From a virus (taxonomy: Duplodnaviria > Caudoviricetes), in the IMG/VR virus record IMGVR_UViG_3300047586_000094, positions 1 through 52,432 of that record: a stretch of DNA of 52,432 bases; one strand, 5' to 3'. The notes beneath the pieces were generated by a model. That model was not told the origin of the DNA. It worked only from the letters and a program-made list of their open reading frames with translations, and did not search any database. Positions within the stretch are counted from its first letter, which is position 1. Each line of letters starts with the position of its first letter. Shown piece after piece: positions 45,685 through 52,432 of the stretch. Position numbers and translations under genes: made by a program.

Positions 45685-47973
45685 ATGGATTTTTATTACG
45701 TTCCGGTTAATTGTGATACTACTCTTGAGGAGTTGGTAGCTGATCCATTATCTGTATTTAGTCAATATAAAAATAATATTCCATTGTTAGTGAATGGGTT
45801 TAAAAATGATGGAGAATATAATTTTGATCGTATTATAGAGAATTATTCATCGGATGATCTTATATCAGAAGCTTCAAAGATAGTAACTAAAGAATTAACA
45901 TTAATTCGAGCAAATACTTCTTTATTTTTACCAAAAGGAGAATTATCAATGGATCTCTTAGCACTGACTGGTAAGAATTTATTTATTAAAGATATTAAAT
46001 CATTCAATGCTTATTATGGACTTTATTTAGAGTTATTACAAAAAGCTGGGTTTACTCCTGCTTTTAAAGCTACCACAAATGATAATCAAGTAGATATTCG
46101 TAATTATTCGATATCTGTTTGGGTATGGTCACGGGCATATAGTCAGAATGGTACTGTTTTATTAGATATTAGTAAGTATGTGGAAAATTGTACAATTCAT
46201 GTCAATGGGACACAAAATACTTTTAGTTTATCTCTTCAGGCAATTAATGATAAAATAACGAATGTAGGAGATGAAGTTATTGGTCAAGTGAATATTGATA
46301 CAGATAATGATCATCATTCAGATTCGGATTTTGTTAATCCTGATACATTTATTTCCGAAAGATTTCCAATTCCCTGGTTTAAAAGAATTCTTCAGCAAAA
46401 TGATATTTTCTTCATTCGCTATGAGCAATTGACTTTGGAAACTACTGAAGATCGAATAGGAACTGGAATAGAAATACCAGCATCAAAATTACCAGGGAAA
46501 ATTTTTGATATGATTGGTTTGGTTGATAGTGTTGAACATCAATTTAATCCTTTAGCAATAGATATGACAGTTGATGTATCAGGACGAGATTTAACTAAGT
46601 TATTAATAGAAGATGGTAGTTATTTCTTTCCATTGCTTTTTACAGAAAATTCTGACACTCTATTTTTTAATACTCAGGACGATTCAAAGTGGTTTAAACG
46701 TTCATTTATAAAAAACACTTTTGATTACTTATTTATTTACAAGATGCAGTCTGTAAGGGATTCTCTTGGATTTGTTGTTAATCAATTAGCCAATTTAGGG
46801 GCTTGTAATGATACTTTGTTTAGTAGTTATGATGATAAAGGAGATGGAGGAATTGAAGGAGCTGGACTTGGTAGCAGACGTACGCAGGCACTTAGATTAA
46901 CTGGACAAAATAAAGATCAAATATCATGGAATGCTGTAAGTGGTATTTGGCAAATTGTTGATCTATTAATAGATCAACAAATTGAAGATCGTCGTATAGC
47001 TAATAGTCAGATTAGTAATCCTAATGGAAATTTACAAAGTGTAATAGATTCATTTTGTCAACGTCCATTTGTAGAATTTTTTGGTGATACTTATGGAGAT
47101 AAATTTACATTTATTGCTCGTACTCCACCATTTACTCAGAATGCTATTTTAAGTGTATTGAATGGTGGAAATTATATAGATGTTAATTTACGAGATGTTA
47201 CAAATGTTGATCTAGCATGGGAGACCACATTTTATACTTGGTTTGAAATGGATCCACGAAATATGTTTTTGGGAAAATCAGATAGTATTGCACTAGCATA
47301 TTTACCTGTAGTCTGGTTCCCAGAAATTGCCGAAACGTTTGGTAACAAACAAATGAAAATTACGGATAATTATATTTCGAATCAAGCATTTACTGGAGTA
47401 GAAGGATCAGAGAATCGTGATTTATTTAAACAAAAAGTGATAGAAGACTTCTTATATGCTATTGAATCTTATTGTAACTTACCATTTACTGAAACAGGGA
47501 CTATCACTTTGAAACGAGATCGTAGGATTAAAGCTCGGACATGGATTAAAATAGGATCACAATTTTTTTATATAGATTCTGTTTCTAATTCGTTTACTTC
47601 TATAGGAGAAAAAATAGATGGTGCAACTACAATAAATGTCAGTCGTGGAATGTATATTGATTTTATACGAGGAAAATATGTAGAATCTTTGAACAGGACT
47701 ATTGATTATTGGAGTATGGTTAAATTAGATACAATACGTTCAGTGTTAGTTCAAAAGATGCAAGTTTATGATGCTATTACTGCTAAACTTATTTATGATG
47801 CTGCTTATGCTGCTAATCCAATAGCTTATGCCAGAGCATTTGAACCGGTTGCAAATGCTTCAGGTGACTTTTCTCCTATTACAGCTTCTATAAGTAAAAA
47901 TACTGTAAAAGTATCGTTTGGGACTGACAAAGAAGCTTTTGATTTCTTTTTACAACGTAAATTTTTACCATGA
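45685..47973 (+). CDS. baseplate hub-like protein
   Basis: Probable start ATG 45685; VSGRDLTKLL, PFVEFFGDT, GTIT..DRRIK; follows tape measure. Confidence 0.65.
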   Translation: MDFYYVPVNCDTTLEELVADPLSVFSQYKNNIPLLVNGFKNDGEYNFDRIIENYSSDDLISEASKIVTKELTLIRANTSLFLPKGELSMDLLALTGKNLFIKDIKSFNAYYGLYLELLQKAGFTPAFKATTNDNQVDIRNYSISVWVWSRAYSQNGTVLLDISKYVENCTIHVNGTQNTFSLSLQAINDKITNVGDEVIGQVNIDTDNDHHSDSDFVNPDTFISERFPIPWFKRILQQNDIFFIRYEQLTLETTEDRIGTGIEIPASKLPGKIFDMIGLVDSVEHQFNPLAIDMTVDVSGRDLTKLLIEDGSYFFPLLFTENSDTLFFNTQDDSKWFKRSFIKNTFDYLFIYKMQSVRDSLGFVVNQLANLGACNDTLFSSYDDKGDGGIEGAGLGSRRTQALRLTGQNKDQISWNAVSGIWQIVDLLIDQQIEDRRIANSQISNPNGNLQSVIDSFCQRPFVEFFGDTYGDKFTFIARTPPFTQNAILSVLNGGNYIDVNLRDVTNVDLAWETTFYTWFEMDPRNMFLGKSDSIALAYLPVVWFPEIAETFGNKQMKITDNYISNQAFTGVEGSENRDLFKQKVIEDFLYAIESYCNLPFTETGTITLKRDRRIKARTWIKIGSQFFYIDSVSNSFTSIGEKIDGATTINVSRGMYIDFIRGKYVESLNRTIDYWSMVKLDTIRSVLVQKMQVYDAITAKLIYDAAYAANPIAYARAFEPVANASGDFSPITASISKNTVKVSFGTDKEAFDFFLQRKFLP

Positions 47974-48710
47974 ATTTTCCTGGACCAATATCATCTTCAC
48001 AATATTACGTAGGTATTCAATATGGATATATTATATTACCTTCAGGCATAGACCGGGATACATTTATACAACAATGCTATCGTTGGGAACGAGTATCTGT
48101 ATTATCAGAAGGTGGTGGTGGTGTTATTCATGAATGTTACATTAGCAGGGAAGCTATACGGGATATTGAATTTCCACAGACAGTTGAACAATTAGGCAGT
48201 TGTGTTTCATTTTTAACAGATATTCATAGTGCTCATCCTATTATATTCGGAGTATTTTCCAAAGAGGATGAATCTCAATTGTTACGAGAAGGATATTTTG
48301 AACAGTCAAAAAAGAATGGTAATGATTCTGTTGGCATTTCCGGAGATGCTAAACGAGGGGTATTAAATTTATTTGTTAATGGTGGAACATTAACCCAACT
48401 TAATATTACAATAAGTAATAAAGCAAAAAATGCTGTTATTAATTTACGTTGTCGGGGTAATATTAATGTACAAATGGATGGTAAGTTTACAATTAATAAA
48501 GGTTCTGAACCAATGATTAAAGGTTCTGAATTAAAAACACAATTAGATAAGACAAATCAATATATTGCTGATTTAAAATCAGCATTAGATGTGGCTTTAC
48601 AAACATTGGATTCTATAGTTCCAACAAGTGCAACATTTGATGCTACAATGGCAACGAAGTCAAAAGGGGATTATACTAATATCAAGTCTGAAGAATCATT
48701 CTTGGATTAG
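47970..48710 (+). CDS. baseplate central spike-like protein
   Basis: OB-fold-like N-terminus, beta-strand repeats, EPMIKG motif. Confidence 0.55.
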   Translation: MNFPGPISSSQYYVGIQYGYIILPSGIDRDTFIQQCYRWERVSVLSEGGGGVIHECYISREAIRDIEFPQTVEQLGSCVSFLTDIHSAHPIIFGVFSKEDESQLLREGYFEQSKKNGNDSVGISGDAKRGVLNLFVNGGTLTQLNITISNKAKNAVINLRCRGNINVQMDGKFTINKGSEPMIKGSELKTQLDKTNQYIADLKSALDVALQTLDSIVPTSATFDATMATKSKGDYTNIKSEESFLD

Positions 48711-48737
48711 TTTTTAAAAAGATTTAATATTTTTATA
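48711..48737 (+). promoter_or_regulatory. shared (putative late) promoter motif
   Basis: TTTTTAAAAAGATTTAATATTTTTATA upstream of baseplate genes. Confidence 0.65.
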
Positions 48738-48751
48738 ACAAATACAAAAGT

Positions 48752-49528
48752 GTGAGTATAGATTTAGCCATTATTAATCGTAATCGATTAGCATTAGTTA
48801 AAGGAATTGGGCAAGCTACAGTGCATCAATTATATCCAATGGATTTTGAGTACTATATGCTGGCTCTGGAATTAGTTGATGGTGGTGGTGATACAATTGA
48901 TTATTTTGCTTTTCCTGTTTTGCCTTCATCTATTACAAAGACAGAGAATAAAAGAATTAACATAAAAAAATCATATAAAAGCACTTTAATATTAACATCA
49001 ACAGCATATACTCCTCAAGATATATCTATTCGTGGGAATTTTGGAAGGGGATTTAAGATATTATTAGGGGGAAAAGAAATACTTAAAGGTGTAGCTTTTT
49101 CAACAAAATCTGGAGTTTTTGAATTAACTCAATTATCTAATCGTAGTTTGCTTACTCCAGTTAATCAATTTAGTCAATTTGTTAAAACTGGCTATGGTGC
49201 TCTTAAAATTCTTCAGTCTATCATTCATAAATCAGATGGTAGTGATAATAAAGGTCCATTTCGTTTATATCTATACAATTTTGCTTTAGGTGAAAGTTAT
49301 TTGGTTGTTGCTCCTAGTAAGGCGTTGACCCTGGAACAAAATGATTCCAATATGAATATGATTTGGAATTATACTTTAAATCTTACAACCATTGCTCCGC
49401 TGGAATTAGTAAAGAATGCAGTGACTATCACATCTAATATGAAAATATTAGAAATTAATGCTTTACAAAATACAGTGAATGGAACAGGTCGGGATATTGC
49501 AAGTTACGTTTCAAGAATATTAAAATGA
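48752..49528 (+). CDS. baseplate / tail tube initiator-like protein
   Basis: FAFPVLPSSI..ISIRGNFG..WNYTLNL; position. Confidence 0.55.
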   Translation: MSIDLAIINRNRLALVKGIGQATVHQLYPMDFEYYMLALELVDGGGDTIDYFAFPVLPSSITKTENKRINIKKSYKSTLILTSTAYTPQDISIRGNFGRGFKILLGGKEILKGVAFSTKSGVFELTQLSNRSLLTPVNQFSQFVKTGYGALKILQSIIHKSDGSDNKGPFRLYLYNFALGESYLVVAPSKALTLEQNDSNMNMIWNYTLNLTTIAPLELVKNAVTITSNMKILEINALQNTVNGTGRDIASYVSRILK

Positions 49529-50442
49529 ATACAATTTTTGACACATTTAAAAGTATAACTCGTTTTGATATTCGATCATATTTCGATGCTTTTTCAGCGT
49601 TTGTCTTATCAGACTATCAGAAAGTTGTGGATTATTACACAATTGGTGCAGATATTTCTCCGGATGTAATCAATGAAATAAAAGAGTTGACTAATCAAAT
49701 GATGCAAATCAATGATTTATTCAATCTTTATAATGATCGTCTTAGTAGTGGAACCATTGAAATATGGGAATTACTAGATTATTTTGAACAAACTAAAGTA
49801 ACATTATATACTGTTATAAATTCTGCTCGTTGGATGCATTCTACAAAAAATGTACTTCAAAGCAATGTAGTAAATCAAGATTATATTCTGCGTCAAGGTG
49901 AAAACTTTGAACAATTAGCTACAGAAGTAGGATATTCTGATCCAGATAATGATTGGTCACAAATAGCTTTAAATAATGATACGAATGAAGAAAAATATAC
50001 GTTTGATGGAGGGAACAAATTAAAGATATCATTTGTAAATGACCTTAGTTATGATATCAATACTGTTATTGATAGTATAAGTGGGATAAAAGTATATGGA
50101 TTGGATTTAGATCAAAATTGGGTCTTTGAAAATAATGATTTAAAAGTATTAGGATATCGTGATACAATTAATCAACAAACACAAATCTTAATAGGATTAG
50201 CTAAAGGTAGTGTTCCAGAGTTTCCAGGAGATGGTATAAGCAAGGATCTGGTTGGTAGTAATGTAAATGCTATTCAATATCCTGTTATTTTGAGACAACA
50301 ATCTGCTGTATTTGAAAAAGATAATAGATATAAATCTATTGCAATTAATAAAATTGAAAGACAACAAACTTCTCTTGCTATTGAATTAACTGTAGTTACA
50401 AAGTTGAATGATATATTGAATGAACAATTAGTATTAAAATGA
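49525..50442 (+). CDS. baseplate wedge protein (LysM-like + gp25-like)
   Basis: ILRQGENFEQLA..W..IA..N; KGSVPEFPGDG. Confidence 0.65.
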   Translation: MNTIFDTFKSITRFDIRSYFDAFSAFVLSDYQKVVDYYTIGADISPDVINEIKELTNQMMQINDLFNLYNDRLSSGTIEIWELLDYFEQTKVTLYTVINSARWMHSTKNVLQSNVVNQDYILRQGENFEQLATEVGYSDPDNDWSQIALNNDTNEEKYTFDGGNKLKISFVNDLSYDINTVIDSISGIKVYGLDLDQNWVFENNDLKVLGYRDTINQQTQILIGLAKGSVPEFPGDGISKDLVGSNVNAIQYPVILRQQSAVFEKDNRYKSIAINKIERQQTSLAIELTVVTKLNDILNEQLVLK

Positions 50443-51617
50443 ATACAAAAATTTATACTATAGAGAAATTGAAATCACTTATTATGGAATTATTCTATAA
50501 TAAGACAACTCGTGTGACATCTGCTAGTGATGAGAGTGTAATTAATGCTAGTTTTTTTGGAACAGCAAAAGTTGGTCAAAAGGCAATGAAAGATATGGCA
50601 TTGGTAGAGAGTCATATATTTCCACAATATGCTTATGGATCAAATCTAGATAATGCAGCTAAGTTATTTGGAGCACCTGTTCGGTTTGGTGCATCCGGTA
50701 GTTCAACTTATCTTTTAATACGAGCTGATATGGGGACAGAATATGTTGCTACAACAAATATTTTCTCAGGTGAGAATGGTATAGATTTTGAACTTACAGA
50801 AGATTTCATAGTTGGGGCTGTTGGATTTGGTTATGCTAAGGTACGCAGCACTAGTATTGGAGCAGTAACCAATGTTAATGCCAATACATTGTTAAAAGTC
50901 AATCCTGTGCCGGGAGGACATATTGGAGTAACTAATGAATATGCAGCTACTGGTGGTCGGGATGTAGAAAGTGATGACGATTATCGTTTGCGTATCATTC
51001 AGCATCCAAATATATTGGCACAAAAAACATTGACATTCTTAGCTGAAATATTCCGTACCGTTAATGAAGATGTTCTTAGAGTTCTGAATTATGGTATTGA
51101 TAGTGATGCTAAATTAACACTTGCCATAGTACTACAAAACGGAGCTGATTTGACTGATTATGAATTGGCTAATTTATTAATATCTACCAAAGACTATCTA
51201 TCATTAGCTGATTTATCTCCTAGTGGAGATGTCAATGGTATAAAACTTGTTAATCCTGTATGGAATGCTATTGGTGGGGATTCTTTGAGTGATACAGGTA
51301 TAGACTTCCGGGTACAGATTTATGATAATTTTGATCCGGAAATTGTTAGACGTGATATTCAAATTGCATTATCAAATTATATTGATTTTCGTTACTGGGA
51401 TTGGTCTACCAGTCTTCAGTGGTCTGATTTATTAAATATCATAAAGGGAGTAGTGGGGGTAAGGTTTGTTCCCGATGCATATTTTCATCCAGCCTATGAT
51501 ATCACCGTTCCACTGGGACAATTACCTAGGCTTAAGAAATTTGTAATGCGGGATTTATCTGGTAATATTATATTTAATAATACTTCATTAGTTAGTGTTT
51601 TTTATCCAATAATTTAA
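50439..51617 (+). CDS. baseplate J-like protein
   Basis: AYGSNLD..R; GAVTNV; ATGGRDVESDDDYRLRI. Confidence 0.9.
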   Translation: MNTKIYTIEKLKSLIMELFYNKTTRVTSASDESVINASFFGTAKVGQKAMKDMALVESHIFPQYAYGSNLDNAAKLFGAPVRFGASGSSTYLLIRADMGTEYVATTNIFSGENGIDFELTEDFIVGAVGFGYAKVRSTSIGAVTNVNANTLLKVNPVPGGHIGVTNEYAATGGRDVESDDDYRLRIIQHPNILAQKTLTFLAEIFRTVNEDVLRVLNYGIDSDAKLTLAIVLQNGADLTDYELANLLISTKDYLSLADLSPSGDVNGIKLVNPVWNAIGGDSLSDTGIDFRVQIYDNFDPEIVRRDIQIALSNYIDFRYWDWSTSLQWSDLLNIIKGVVGVRFVPDAYFHPAYDITVPLGQLPRLKKFVMRDLSGNIIFNNTSLVSVFYPII

Positions 51618-52432
51618 TGGCAGAAACAAAAGAGATAGGAACCATTACGAACGTTACTGTTACAGGTGATGTATTGGATATATTTACATATTACGATACA
51701 TCTTTTACAGAGTTCCTTCAATTCTTTATAGTTAATATACTGGGTATTGTGGGCACTATCCCATTTAAAGAAGGAGAACTGGGATATACGGTAGAGGGCA
51801 AGCCTAACTTTTCAGCTAATGTTAATGATCAAGGTGAACTTGTACTTAGTGATGACGATACTGATCCTTACTTTATAGATAATGATGGATATCTGATTGA
51901 TGGAGATTCACTCCCTGCTCCAGTTGCAGATATAGCTACTAATGTCGTAGGTAGTGGGTTTAAAGCACACTGGGAAGATGTTGCTGGAAGGACTGGTTTT
52001 CGTCTGGATGTTTCGACTAATCCTCAATTTAGCTCCTACATTCCTGGATATCAGAATCTCGATGTTGGGGCTGTATTGGATTGTGACATAACTAATTTAT
52101 TGGCTGGTACAAAATATTATTATCGTGTTCGTACATACGATGGGATACAGACAAGTTTGGATTCAAATATTGTAAGTACATTAACACTTTCAGATGCTCT
52201 CTACGATCTAGATGGTAATTTGTATCATGTTATCAATATAGGATCAAAGCAGTTACTCGTAGAGAATTTGAAAGTTACCAAGTTTGCAGATGGTTCATCA
52301 ATACTAAATTTAACAGCAGATACTGGACCAAATTTATTAACTACTTGGACTAATATTGATTTTGGTACATTTACTTCTTCAGGAGCACTTGTTACAAGTG
52401 CTATTAAAGCCGCTGGTTCTTATGGTCATGCT
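51617..52432 (+). CDS. tail fibre/baseplate protein with FN3 and FISUMP-like segments (truncated by window)
   Basis: Manual ORF from ATG 51617, open to the window end; FKAHW..GFRLDVS..LLAGTKYYYRVR (FN3); DLDGNLYHVINIGSKQLLVENLKVTKF (FISUMP-like start). Confidence 0.75.
   Translation, partial: MAETKEIGTITNVTVTGDVLDIFTYYDTSFTEFLQFFIVNILGIVGTIPFKEGELGYTVEGKPNFSANVNDQGELVLSDDDTDPYFIDNDGYLIDGDSLPAPVADIATNVVGSGFKAHWEDVAGRTGFRLDVSTNPQFSSYIPGYQNLDVGAVLDCDITNLLAGTKYYYRVRTYDGIQTSLDSNIVSTLTLSDALYDLDGNLYHVINIGSKQLLVENLKVTKFADGSSILNLTADTGPNLLTTWTNIDFGTFTSSGALVTSAIKAAGSYGHA

Noticed and set aside
1-52432. Genome-wide TAG recoding (alternative genetic code)
   Set aside because: Long genes are intact under code 11, and TAG stops at 16000, 35778 and 48710 fall at plausible gene ends; only the 43675 TAG is suspicious

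Overview
A 52 kb segment of a large, AT-rich tailed phage with a contractile tail. Its structural gene order is SPO1/Twort (Herelleviridae)-like. The host is probably Bacteroidota, inferred from the tmRNA sequence style, TAnnTTTn promoter elements, A-rich non-Shine-Dalgarno starts and a FISUMP domain. From left to right: the end of a leftward early operon with a structured leader; small hypothetical genes; a DUF2280/TerS-like gene; a glycosyl-/methyltransferase cluster; a circularly permuted (two-piece) tmRNA; lysis-type genes; portal; MuF; two large multi-enzyme polyproteins; prohead protease; scaffold; major capsid; neck; sheath; tube; chaperones; tape measure; baseplate; and the start of a tail fibre. 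Three free-standing GIY-YIG endonucleases lie in the head and neck region. Three features stand out. (1) A minimal permuted tmRNA with a long structured spacer and the tag GKTINMVERPQALRLAA. (2) A putative capsid-cargo system: [ILFV]-x-K|[A/S/G] sites are shared by scaffold, capsid, protease and several polyproteins, and short basic modules recur right after such sites in front of unrelated domains (Nudix, ferritin-like, AAA, zincin, papain-like, zeta toxin). Each large polyprotein is followed by a small candidate immunity ORF. (3) Two tail-chaperone ORFs lie in the same frame separated by a single TAG. All family calls come from motif recognition by eye; no database search was run.
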